In this document: positions 1 to 11,670 of the stretch, piece by piece
Numbering within the stretch: position 1 is the stretch's first letter
How the letters are laid out: each line of letters starts with the position of its first letter
The notes under the pieces: generated by a model
What the model was told of the DNA's origin: nothing
Database searches by the model: none
The model's input: only the letters and a program-made list of their open reading frames with translations
Assembly: GCF_001194135.2 (NCBI RefSeq)
Contig: NC_068984.1
Location: 34,866,815 to 34,900,622, forward strand
Source of the DNA: Octopus bimaculoides
Taxonomy: Eukaryota
Length of the DNA: 33,808 nucleotides
Direction: 5' to 3'
Made by a program: the position numbers and the translations under genes

Positions 1-31
<31 letters not shown>
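1..31. repeat. (AT)n microsatellite
   Basis: Pure AT dinucleotide run at the window start. Confidence 0.95.
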
Positions 32-34
<3 letters not shown>

Positions 35-743
35 GTTCTTTCATCCGAGAGTAGGAGGTTTGTAAGCTTCTAGCAGTAAGTGGCAGGTATAGAGAACTAA
101 ACGTGGACAATAGATGATAAGATACGATAAAAATTTATTGGCATCGACAGTAACAAATTTTTATTAATATAGATTTTTGGATAAAATAATTTCTAAATAG
201 CTAGGTTACAGTTTGCACCTAAAGATGCTAAAAATAAGAATAAAAATCCAAATTAAAGGGAGTGAAACAGGTAAAATGCTGAACTCGCAATTCATTTGTA
301 ATGCAATGAGTTATGCTCAAAGTATCTAATCATTAGGTTGAGATTACTTTAATGAAATGAAGGGTACATTGTCGACCGGAATTTCTACGTCAGCCCTAGC
401 ACAATTTTACAAATTCTGAGTGACAATGTAACCTTAAAGACAAGGGCATATGATTTAACTATGCTCCAGATATTTGCCTCAACATCAATACGAAATCATA
501 CCGATCCCTAAAAAGTAAGGAGCTGTAAATCTCTTCAAATGAATGAGTGCGTTAGAACCTAAACTTAAGAGATAAACACATGATATCTTTTGATTGTGAT
601 TTGGAAAATGGTGGGCCATGCTCAAGGATTTTTGAGGGCTAGTGAGACCTCAAATAGAGAAAACTAGTTTGTTTTCCTTGCGGTTTTGGGCGACTCATTT
701 AACTGTATAAAATGAATCAATTATCAAATGTAACGTGCCTGTA

Positions 744-955
744 TATTGGTTTCAAATTTTGGCACAAAGCCATTTTGGAGGAAGGAGCAAGGTGATTACA
801 TGAATTTCAATGCTAAACTGGTAAATATTATATGAATTACGAACTACTGACAGCCAAAGTCAAGCTTGGTGGAATTTGAACTCAGAACGTACAAACGGAC
901 GAAATGTCTTTAGGCATTATGCTCGGCACACTAGCGATTCTGATAGGTCATCTCC
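744..955 (-). mobile_element. tRNA-derived SINE, family A (Octopus-type), near full length, diverged
   Basis: Plus strand reads tattggtttcaaattttggcacaaagcc...ggaatttgaactcagaacgtacaaacggacgaaatg...ctagcgattctg. The reverse complement has a B-box-like gagttcaaattcc. Homologous to copies at 8031, 11552, 31669 and 32078. Confidence 0.8.
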
Positions 956-991
956 TTTCTTGTGCACGTAATTGTTTTTTTTTTTAATTAG

Positions 992-1230
992 CTTTTGTCT
1001 TTTACTTGTTTCAGTCATTAGACTGCGACCATCATGTGGCACTGCTTTGAAGTTTTAATCTAGTGAACCGCACCCAGTACTGTCTTTAAACCTCGTACTT
1101 ATTCTCTCCGTCAACTTTACCGAACAGCTAATGTACGGGTTCACAGAGACGTGAACACAGCAAAAGAGGTTGTCAAGTGGTGGGATGGGGGTAAAAACAC
1201 AGACAGAAAGGCACTCCCACCCCACACATA
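992..1230 (-). mobile_element. SINE family B, 3' half only, diverged
   Basis: ttttacttgtttcagtcattagactgcgaccat...gacgtgaacacagc...ggttgtcaagtggtgg...aaacacagaca is shared with copies at 4643, 11067, 13010 and 24601. Confidence 0.7.
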
Positions 1231-2413
1231 TATATTAGTATTTAATAAGTCGTAAGGTATACACCTGGTATTATCCCGTTAAGGTTTGTTCATCGGCTTA
1301 GTGTTCGTTGATTATGTTATTAATGAGAGGCGGAAGATGGTAGGTACAAGAATGTTTGCTGATCATTAAAATATTTTCGTCCCATTTCGCATCAATGCCT
1401 AGCAGGTGGGTATAATGTACAATTGGTTTAGTTGTATTACTCTGTGTAGATCAGTCTCATCAGTTGATCTCAGTTGTTTCACACAAACTATTTCTGGATC
1501 TTTACTTCTTGGTCTTCGTATATAGAAATGGCAAGTTAAGGAATACAAATTCGTTCTTATAGAAGATTCATAAGAAATATGGGAAGCAAAAAGAAAAATT
1601 ACAGCGAAAAATTATTACATCTTTTCGCTCTATTGAGTAGAAATATGTTGATACCACATCGATGTGTGCATATTACACCCATGCAATAATTCATAAATTT
1701 AGAAGCACGCATTCTGAATTTCCGTTCTCTCAATCGCTTGTGTAGTTTAACTTTTCTGTTAGTATTGCAAGATTTCGACATTGAAATTGTTTTTCAATTT
1801 TATACGCACATATTTACGTAGCATATAATGAGGATAGAGACATTCTACTAATTACTGAGTTACGAGAAACAAATTATATTACAATGATTTAGTCGTTATA
1901 AAATCTAACAGTGGCTGCAACTATGTGTAGAATATAAACTTCATTGATCCCTTAGCAATGGAGTAAAAAAAAAACTGAATTCAAATAAATTTGGTATTAA
2001 TTAAAAATGATATTTAATGCACCATTAAAATATCGTAAATACAGAGACGGTCATACACAAATCATTATCAAATACATGGAGATGTGTTGTAGAATAATTT
2101 ATTCAACATGATGTCTGCGTCTCCATGAGATTTATACTCTATTTATGGCGTATTTATTGATTTAGTTTTTACAAAATACCTCACAAAAATACACTTTCCA
2201 TAATCACATAATCGAGAATGAAAAGAGATTACCATAATAGTGTAAAAAAGTCATTGAAAAATGGCAAAGCACAAATATTCGCACTTATACAAACACCTAC
2301 ACATTGATATGTAAATAAATAAATAAATAAAATATAAGTCAACATGAATAGCTATGTAATACATATATGTAAATAAGATATATACATACATACACATATA
2401 TTTATATATACAT

Positions 2414-2446
<33 letters not shown>

Positions 2447-2648
2447 NNNNNNNNNNNNNNNNNNNNNNNNNNNNNNNNNNNNNNNNNNNNNNNNNNNNNN
2501 NNNNNNNNNNNNNNNNNNNNNNNNNNNNNNNNNNNNNNNNNNNNNNNNNNNNNNNNNNNNNNNNNNNNNNNNNNNNNNNNNNNNNNNNNNNNNNNNNNNN
2601 NNNNNNNNNNNNNNNNNNNNNNNNNNNNNNNNNNNNNNNNNNNNNNNN
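2447..2648. other. Assembly gap (202 N)
   Basis: N run following a (TA)n tract. Confidence 0.98.
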
Positions 2649-3916
2649 TAATCATTGTCACGTGGTCGAGTGTTTCAGTGTTGATGAATAAATCAAGTAT
2701 ATTTTATGCATGTCCATTTTTTTTTCTGAGATATAGCATATCCATTATATAGGAAATAAAATATACTATTTTATATTTAGTTCTGGCAAATAATTCATAT
2801 CGATACATGCATGAGCAAGACTTCATTTTGTGAATTTTTTTTTTTCAAAAATGTCTGAATGCTCTAATGTATATGGTAAGTTTGTGTCAGCTGCTGCGTT
2901 GTACTTTGGATGCCACAATAAATCTCAGGGAGTTGAAACAGCAACAATTAACAGCATAAAGGTACTAGGTGATAATAATTTCCATTTAGCATGAAAGCAG
3001 TTTGCGGATTTCATATTAAATATCAGTGTCAGAAATTCAATTGTATGTCTCTGTTATCACTTACTGGGAAAACTATCTAACAAATAGCAAAATTTCTTTG
3101 GATGATTAGAAATTTATCACAGAAAACAGAAATTTGGTCTAAGGGAGAGTAATATTTCAAACATATAAAAAAGTAACGTATTCATTATGCCACATACCAG
3201 CGCACTCCTTGAAAAAAGTGTTTAAAGTTGATCCAAATTTTAGAAACCATTTAACAGATATGCGTGGTAGTCTTTGCCTAACACAGATTGGTTTAAAACA
3301 TATGGCAAAAATATGAAGCAGGGATCTTCAAATATTCCTATCATTGTTCATGTGAAAGCAGCTTGTCAACACTGAATGCCATGCAATAAAGTATGTTGCA
3401 CTTTAGTGGGCAAAAAATGTTATTTTGAAGTTCACGAATCATATAAATCATAGATATTAATCCCCGGGTGTTCTTACGACGGGATAAAAATTGTAGCCTC
3501 CACCAAGCTGCTGAAAATCAATTTCCAAAATGGTATTTTTAGAGCTGAATCCAGACTATTGGTTTTATTTGACTGTGAGGAAAGCCTAATGTGACCAGCA
3601 CAATATGACATATACTCAGTGGCAAAATGTCTAAGTTAATATCATGGAAATTTATACGTGTGATAACCTTGACTATAATTTCCGGACATGGTTATGAAAA
3701 TGGGGGCTTATAACTAAAAGGCATGATGGTATGCTTTGGTTATCAGCAAAGATCAACAGTCAAAGACACAACATAAAATCCATAAATATTGATGGAAATT
3801 AAAAACTCTAGGAAACAAGACAACAAGAATAGAAGAAACTCCTTGAACGATGTTCGTGTGGATAAGCACCTTTAAATTTGTGTTCCCCTTTTCAAGAAAG
3901 GTATTCACTTATATCA

Positions 3917-4100
3917 TATGTGTGTGTGTATCTGTGTGTGTCTCTGTGCGTGCGCGTGTGTATGTGTGTTTCTGTTCGTATATTTATGTATACATATAAT
4001 ATACGTATTAACACAAATACTTGTATTATATGTATATATGGATATATTTATATTAAACAGAAATCTATGTGTGTGTTTCTGTGTGTTTGCGTATGTATGT
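3917..4100. repeat. Degenerate (TG)/(TA) low-complexity tract
   Basis: Alternating tg/ta repeats. Source of three overlapping spurious ORFs. Confidence 0.85.
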
Positions 4101-4642
4101 AGATTGCATTTTACGAATGGATAGAAAATGAAGTACACTCACAATTTTCTTGCGGCAATAAAGTCAATCAATGATAATAAAGTAGCCAAATCAACGGAAC
4201 TTACCTGAAAGAGAAAAGAAATATAATAAATTCAGAATGACAGAAATATCTTCAAAAAATGCTACATATTTCTACATTAATTAAAGTTATAAAATTATAT
4301 ACTTGTAAAATGAATATGCAACAATGTATTTCTTAAAATATCTGCATACGTATTAATGTGACTTAAGTTGAGCATTTTTCAATAGCTATATATTCACAAT
4401 ATACATATTTACACACACACACACACAATTCATAAACTTACATGCTAATTTACATTCATCATACGTACGTGTGCATGCGGGCGTGAGTGTGTTTATCTGC
4501 GCGTGTATCTAAATGGATATGTGTAGATTTTTAAACAACCTTGCTTGAGGACACTGGGTGTAATATATTTTCTAAACCGTGACCAGTGACCACAATCTCT
4601 ATAGAAATAGGACGAGGTATCTTCAGATAATATATATATTCG

Positions 4643-5030
4643 TCTATTCTTTTATTTGGTTCAGTCATCTGAATCTGGCCATGAGGGGGCGCCACATATA
4701 ATCAAAAAATCGACCCCAGGACATAGTCTGTATAAGCCTAATACTAAATCGATCGGTCTGTTTTGCTGAACCATCAAGTTACGGGGACGTAAACACACCA
4801 ACATCGATTGTCAGGCGATGCTGGGGACTCAAACTGAAACTCACGAACGCATACATACATACATACACATATATGTGACGGGCTTCTTTCAGTTTCTGTC
4901 TACCAAATCCACTGACAAGGATTTGGTCGACCTGAAGCTATACCAGAAGACAGGCCCAATGTGCCATATAGAGAGAATGAAATCGGACCCATGTGGTTGT
5001 GGACCAAGCTTATGTCCATTCAGCCGCACC
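4643..5030 (-). mobile_element. SINE family B, near full length
   Basis: Contains ttcagtcat...tcgaccccaggac...aagttacggggacgtaaacacacc...(CA/TA) linker...gggcttctttcagtttctgtctaccaaatccac...ccatgtggttg, collinear with the 24601-24961 copy. Confidence 0.8.
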
Positions 5031-5122
5031 TGGCACATTGGGGTGATGTTTTCTACTATAGCTTCGGACGAAAGAAAGCCTCGTGAATGAATTTGGTAGA
5101 CGGAAACTGAAAGAAGCCTATC

Positions 5123-5126
<4 letters not shown>
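5031..5126 (+). mobile_element. SINE family B, 5'-truncated internal fragment in opposite orientation to its neighbour
   Basis: ttctactatagcttcgg...gaatttggtagacggaaactgaaagaagcc followed by (TA)n. It is the reverse complement of 4878-4966. Confidence 0.8.
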
Positions 5127-5160
<34 letters not shown>

Positions 5161-5407
5161 CATCGAGTTCCTTATCTATAATTCAACATCTCTCTTCGAT
5201 TACTTTAGACTATCAAGTTATTAACGTTCTAACTGCTCAAACATAGATATTACTCACGCAGAACAAAATGTCAGAATATGGTGTTATATCGAAGGAATTT
5301 GATCTTTATATACATACGTAAAGCATTATTGCGATGGGAAAAAACTCATCACCTACAAGAGTTTAAGTGGAATATACAAAAAACGAAAGAAACCAATCAA
5401 ATCTCAC

Positions 5408-5445
<38 letters not shown>

Positions 5446-6199
5446 CAAACTATGGTTGTTTAGTTCACGGGTGATCTAAAAGACTAGGTACGCTGGGTAA
5501 GTGCTGTAATGAATTAGTAAGTTTATAACAGAGATGGGAACCATTGTAAATTTCCCATATAGCGGATATATAATTGTTAATGAGAATAACAAACGTTGAA
5601 GCAAGACAAACGTCTCAAGTCATATACATTATTATTATTGGAAAAACTCAAAGTCTTGCAGCTGTTCCTGTGATACAACAAAGTATGTGATATTCCGTCA
5701 TCGGAATGTAACTACTTGAGTTAGCTATTGTTGCCGAATCTTGATTTGAATTACTTAATCAGGTGGTGCTATTAATTTAGTGATAGCGTGGGCCAATACT
5801 AACCGAAACCTATCAAGGTGTGAAAGTATCAAAGTATATTTACACACGCACACATATATACATACACATACATAATATATATAAAATGTAGATAAAACTT
5901 AGATATGTCTCGACCAAAGGTTGGTCCAGGCCATGTCTAATTTAATAGCATAACCTGGTAGGATTATCTAAATACATACATATTATATACATATTTATTT
6001 TTATATATATCTATATGTGTGTGAGTGAGGAGCAGTTGCAAAGGTTAACGAACTGTATAAAAAGTATCAATTTGAAACCTGACCTAATATACGAATTTAG
6101 TTACATGTACCCAAACACACTTGCATGTTCATATACATTTTCCTTGTATGTTTCGTTCTAATATACATTGAGTCTATTAACAAGCTCAAATCTCCTCAC

Positions 6200-6259
6200 C
6201 GTAATAAATGAAGAATTCTGGTTTCCCCATCTGTTTCAGCTACAGTATTCCCAATGTGT
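6200..6259 (-). CDS. Candidate internal exon (60 nt)
   Basis: ccgtttcacctttag|...TTACG|gtgagg; only the phase 2-2 frame is open: HIGNTVAETDGETRILHLLR. Confidence 0.25.
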
Positions 6260-7397
6260 CTAAAGGTGAAACGGATTAATTAATTTGTGATTTTGTAATT
6301 ATATCTCCAACAATGATGCATGTTCTCAAGGGAGACACTTCGCTTCTTAGCAAACTCTTTATCCTTACAATACTAGGTTAAAACTTCTCAAACGCATACA
6401 GAATTGACATTTGACTAGGAAGTGGTAGTGGAATAGCAAGCTGTATGTATCTGGCATTAGAGTTAATAGCGCTTTTAAGTGTGAGTGACGGTTACGTTTC
6501 TGCTTGTATTAGGGGTTACGGGTGGTGGTGATGCTCTTGTAAGGATTTTCATTTAAGTACGGTTTAAGTCAACATATTAATCTAGTGACATTTTGTTCTA
6601 ACTCATTTCGTTTGAATAAAATCCACATTTATATCTATCTCTAGTAATATCCATAAATATCAATATCAACATCCACGTCTCTACAAAGATGAGAATTACA
6701 ATCTGATTCATTCTCTGCAACTCTCAAATATACATACATTATCGTTTGCTAAGATTTCCACTATCTCTTCTTTTACAAGAAATCTTCCTGCTTTTGATCA
6801 GCATTGCAAATATATTTGTTCTCTTCTTTACTGCTTTAATTCCAACTTCTTTATTTAGATACATTACCGAACATTTCTTCCAAATCCCCAAAGGTTTGCC
6901 TACCACCATCCCACTAGCTACCAATTCCTTAGAAATGTTCAGTACTTTTGCAGAATTTAATCCGAAATGATGGAAAGAAAAGCAGAATCTCATAAGAGTA
7001 AACTGTTTATCCCAGCTTAATCTCGAAAACGTCACTGATAAATTCACATGATATAAATATATACAATAAAATATAAATATTTGAAATGAGCAAATAAAGA
7101 AGGGAATAAAATTAAGTAGTGTATTTTAACTTTAGAAAAAAGTTTCCTCAAATAAAAATAATTAAAAAAGTAAGCAAACACGAATGGAATTTTGTTTTAC
7201 TTTTTCGTTATCAATGTCTTTTTTATATTTTTATTGTTATTTTTTCCCGTTTCGTTTATAGTATTCTCTTTTTATAGACAGGACTCTTCAACTTTTGTTC
7301 CCTTGATACACAAGTGTACAAAGGTTAAGTAAGGTTATTGACAGATGGAACTTCATTATTAATTTATCATTTTCAATATAATGTTCTTTTTTTCCAG

Positions 7398-7410
7398 ATG
7401 TTTTTTTATC
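7398..7410 (+). CDS. Candidate 13-nt microexon
   Basis: gttctttttttccag|ATGTTTTTTTATC|gtaagt: near-consensus acceptor and donor. Confidence 0.25.
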
Positions 7411-8030
7411 GTAAGTTCTATGTGGCGAAATTTCAAGACTACCGAACTAAACATGATGAGGTGTTTAGCAACATCCATTCATGCTCTTAGTTCAGGTCAC
7501 TCTATTTAAGAATCCCGATTTCCGTGATGAAGAAAATAGCACCAGTCAAACACTGGAGTCGAAGGTATTGATGAAGATCTTCCCATCAAAATTGATGACT
7601 GCGTTAGAAACCAATTAGGTCGGTAGAGTATTGGACGTGGGGTAAAAATTTGTCTTGCGATATTTCCCCCGCCTGTGTACATTGGGAATCCAAGTCTTTC
7701 GGATGTTAATTTCTCCATTCATGCCTTCTGGACCGTTTATATAAAGTATTTGTCAAGAACTATGGTCTGCATAATCGGCTCTTCCACTCCTCAGAATTTC
7801 ATGCATTGTGTGCACGTAAAAATATAAACAATTATTAATTAAGTTAGGTAACTGCAATGTCTGTAGGATATCGCATTAACGATTTATATTGATTTTTTTT
7901 TTTAATGTTGATTTCCCTATCTGAGTTCAAATGGGTTTTCTTCATATCTTATGACTAATTAATTACTATTTAGAAAAAAAGTCTATGACTCTTAAAATCA
8001 GTAGGCTTGTATTGCAGTTCGACATTATTA

Positions 8031-8192
8031 ATGTTAATTTCAAATTCTGGCACAAGTCCAGAAAATTCAGTGCTGGGGTAACTCAATTACACTGGTCCTA
8101 GTGCTCAGTTCAGCTGTACTTATTTTATCGGCCTCGAAAAGCTAAAACGGCAAAGAGTACCTCTGCAGAATTTGAACACAGAATCTAAAAAC
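8031..8192 (-). mobile_element. SINE family A fragment lacking its 5' head
   Basis: tttcaaattctggcacaag...tacttattttatcggcctcgaaaag...gaatttgaacacagaa matches 744-955. Confidence 0.7.
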
Positions 8193-8339
8193 CGTTTTGT
8201 GGTAACAAAACGCTTTGTTACCACAAAGCGTTTTGCTACCTCAGTCGTTATTGATATTATCACTTATCAAAGAGAACTCGCAGAGAAACACACATATATA
8301 CAATCGCGCGCACACGCATAAGCAATTGTACACGTGTAA

Positions 8340-8650
8340 GTAAATGCACACGCATGTATATATATATATATATATATGATATTTTATGTGTGTATGTGTG
8401 TGCACGTATATGTGTGTGTGAGTGCGTGTGTCATGATATGAGTGCGTATACATATGTATTTACAAACGTGAGCATAGAAATACCCAATTAAAGTATTCTA
8501 GATTAAGTAGAATTGATATCTGTCGCTCTTTCATTCACAGGTGTGTGTGCTTGCATAAGTGTGTGTGCTTGCATAAGTGTGCGTGTGTGCGTGTGTGTTT
8601 GTATGTGTGTGTGCATGTGTGTGTGTGTGTGTGTTCGCGTTTGTATAAGT
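8340..8650. repeat. (TA)/(TG) microsatellite cluster including an 18-bp tandem duplication (8541-8576)
   Basis: gtgtgtgtgcttgcataa occurs twice in tandem, surrounded by TG/TA runs. Confidence 0.85.
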
Positions 8651-9225
8651 TACGATTTACGCTGTACAACCGATGCGCGTGAGATCTGTATAGAAAGGTG
8701 CAAAAATTGCATTGAGACACATTTTAAGGTATTCTTTGAAGGTAATTCGCTACAGTTCAGTTCTTCATACAACCACTTACGTTCTTCTATAGATTTATGC
8801 ATACAAATATACATGTGCACATAGACTTATAAATCCATACCAGCATACGTGTGTAACTAGTTTGCACTTACGCCTCTGTATATATGAATGCAGTTCGTTC
8901 AAGTTGCTATATGTAATCATTATGTACTTGTCTTGCATGTGTATATGTGTGCTCATGCGCGAACTCTGAGTTTTCACACGTGTGATGTATTAGTGCAAGG
9001 AAGAAGAAAATAAGAACAATTAAGCAGCTAGTGAATGGCTTTCTGCTCTTATACTTGTCAAGAACACTCTCTCGTCTAAAAGCTTTTTCTAATCTATTTC
9101 CTCGGAACTGGTTCTTTTTCAAATCCCTCCACTCATAGGAATATTCGAAATATATTATTATCAATCTATCACAAATGATTGCACACTTTCTATTGATATA
9201 TGATATTGCAGAGAAATAGCTACTG

Positions 9226-9230
9226 CATTA

Positions 9231-9264
<34 letters not shown>

Positions 9265-9271
9265 GATTATG

Positions 9272-9318
<47 letters not shown>

Positions 9319-9321
9319 TAC

Positions 9322-9354
<33 letters not shown>
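9226..9354. repeat. Compound trinucleotide microsatellite (ATT)n-(ACT)-(AGT)n
   Basis: Read directly. Gives the poly-I/poly-S ORF. Confidence 0.95.
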
Positions 9355-10386
9355 GGTGAAGATGTTGGCGGTGATGGTGGTGGTTGTTTTGTTAGTAAAA
9401 ACATTCAGCTTTGTCCATTCTATGCAGAATAATAATGTCTTATGAAATTATCCGTATGTTTCACTTAGCCAACTGTGCATCATGCAGACATATTTCTATT
9501 AATTTTAGCGATAAAAATAGGTCATGTTACTGGAGATCTACTTTTATATATCGTGTGATGCTTCTAAATCAGTAATATACACGAACAGACAATGAAAAAA
9601 AATACAAAGAAATGAATTATACTTTTATAGACGAAAGGTTAATAATATTAACCCGCTATTGAAACCCAACTTTCACTGATATTTTTATCAGGTCAAGCGG
9701 CAATTCTCTCTTAAATTACACCTCACTAATATAAAAGGACCTTGCTAGAAAGCATTGTTTAAGAGACAACTGCCTGGAAAATGCATCAGAATTGTCACAG
9801 CTTGAATGCCTTTGATCATAGGAATGATCATTGGAATTGTGATGTAACAACACGAACATATAAAAAAAGAGTAAATCTAAAAAAATTGTTTACGAGACTG
9901 TTTATATACTTGCTCTAAAATAGCTTACGGATAAAACATACTAAGCATTTTTGATACTTCTGCTACTTCGTTCACCTCACTTCGGTTTTTGCGTTCTAGA
10001 TAAATTACTGAACGCAGTAACTATATTTGTCTTTTGTTTTTGGTGAGTGGTGGAGTTATATTAACGATAGCATTCTGTTATTTATAAAGTGTAATCCGTG
10101 AAGTACCTAAAATTATCAAATCTACAGCAAAAGTTCTTTTTATATGTTGCACTCTCTATGTCACGCTATCTTACGACACCTTGTTCTTGCACACAAGTCT
10201 AAAGTACAATAAGCGTATCATCTTCGACCGACTGATATCCTCACATGTGGGTATTTATCTGCGATCAATTCCACGTTCTTAAACTATTGTTATATGAACT
10301 GAGGAGACACTTCAAATACCATGTTATGGAGTATGTATTTACAAGTGGAAGAAGTGAAAGCTACAAAATAACCATATTTTACTGAC

Positions 10387-10453
10387 CGTACTTTGTTTGG
10401 AATTGCTAAATTATTTTCTTCTACTTCTGTTGATAAATCAAACTTAAAACTCT
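10387..10453 (-). CDS. Candidate internal exon (67 nt)
   Basis: gataatttcgtttcag|...|gtcagt; phase 1 to 2 reading SFKFDLSTEVEENNLAIPNKVR. Confidence 0.22.
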
Positions 10454-11066
10454 CTGAAACGAAATTATCATAATCCGAATGATCACTGAATCGTATTTCT
10501 TTTGTTTCTAAAAGAAGTTACACAGCAGTAAATAAGGTAAATGCGCATTGTTAGTGACAGAACAATATGCATTAATCTCACTATCAAATACATCCACGTC
10601 AACGTCAATAATGAGAAAAAATGAATGAATCTTTGTCCTAGGAAACCTGTGTTCTTTATCTGTGTGTACATTTCAAGTAAACAAGCAAGTGGTAGCAAGT
10701 GGAAAAGAAAGGAAACATTGTAGATTTGCTGTTTTTCATCTTTTATATTCCAATACAAATCATTAGGTTATGAATCGGAAACTTTAAAAAAAAAAATACA
10801 CATATATATATCAAAGAACACGCAGCACAAAGTATTCCAATATAGGTTAAGCTTCGGAAGATAGAAAGAAAATGGTCAGTGTTAAGTATGAAATAGAGAG
10901 GGAATGTAATGTTCTATACATTTAGCTGATACTATTGTATTCTCGAAGATGTTTAACTGCGAGATATGCTGCTTTTACTTCAAAAATACACAGATTACGT
11001 GTCATTTCCTAGATATACATATACACATACTTACATATATGCGCGCGCGCGTGTGTGCGTATACAT

Positions 11067-11203
11067 ATGCGGAAGCGTGGCGGTATGTTAAGAAGCTTGC
11101 TTCCCGACCACATGGCTTCGATGAGGTCATTCAGCAATAGCCTCGGGCCTACCAAAGCTTTTGGAGTGCATTTGGTTCACGGAAAATGAAAGAAGCCTGT
11201 CTG

Positions 11204-11244
<41 letters not shown>

Positions 11245-11470
11245 TGTGTGTGTGTTTGTCTCCTCGCCATCGTTTGACAATCAATGTTGGTGTGTTAACG
11301 TCTCTGTAAATTAGCGGTTCGACAATAGAGTTCAATAGAGTGAGTATTAAGCTTACAAAGAATAAGTCCTGGGGTTGACTTGTTCGGCTAAAAGCCTTTA
11401 AGGCCGTGCTCCAGCATGGGCGCAGTAATTGAATGAAAGAAATAAACAGTAAAAATAAAAGAATATATAT
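11067..11470 (+). mobile_element. SINE family B, near full length
   Basis: tRNA-like head (gcgtggcggtatgttaagaagcttgcttcccgaccacatgg), atagcctcgggcctaccaaagc, internal (TG)n, gaataagtcctggggttgac, gtgctccagcatgg and an A-rich tail. Confidence 0.82.
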
Positions 11471-11540
11471 AGGTGCGGGAGTGGCTGTGTGGTAAGAAGC
11501 TTGCTCACAACCACATGGCTCCTGGTGCAGCCCCACTCTC
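11471..11540 (+). mobile_element. SINE family B 5' tRNA-like head only
   Basis: aggtgcgggagtggctgtgtggtaagaagcttgctcacaaccacatggctcctggtgcagcccca: A-box-like tggctgtgtgg and a degenerate B-box. Confidence 0.72.
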
Positions 11541-11551
11541 TGATATGTACG

Positions 11552-11670
11552 CTAGGTTCAAGGCCCGAAATTTTTGATGAGGAGGTTAATCGATTAGATG
11601 GACCCTCGAACGCAACTGGTGCTTAATTTATCGACCCCAAATGGATGAAAGGCGGAGTCAACCTCGGTGA
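11552..11670 (-). mobile_element. SINE family A, 3' portion
   Basis: aggcccgaaattttt...tcgattagatggacc...gcaactggtgcttaatttatcgaccccaaatggatgaaaggcggagtcaacctcgg. Confidence 0.75.

Noticed and set aside
5464-5502. Strong donor CTGG|gtaagt with an upstream acceptor
   Set aside because: The 33-nt segment has stops in all three frames. It could only be non-coding and has no other support.
6739-7047. 102-aa minus ORF with KR/KRR pairs reminiscent of a neuropeptide precursor
   Set aside because: It starts at GTG, has no signal peptide, no amidation glycines before the dibasic sites, no repeated peptide and no clear splice bounds. The basic pairs are expected from A-rich DNA.
9828-9845. tgatcat-agga-atgatca hairpin
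   Set aside because: A 7-bp AT-rich stem is within chance expectation for 34 kb.
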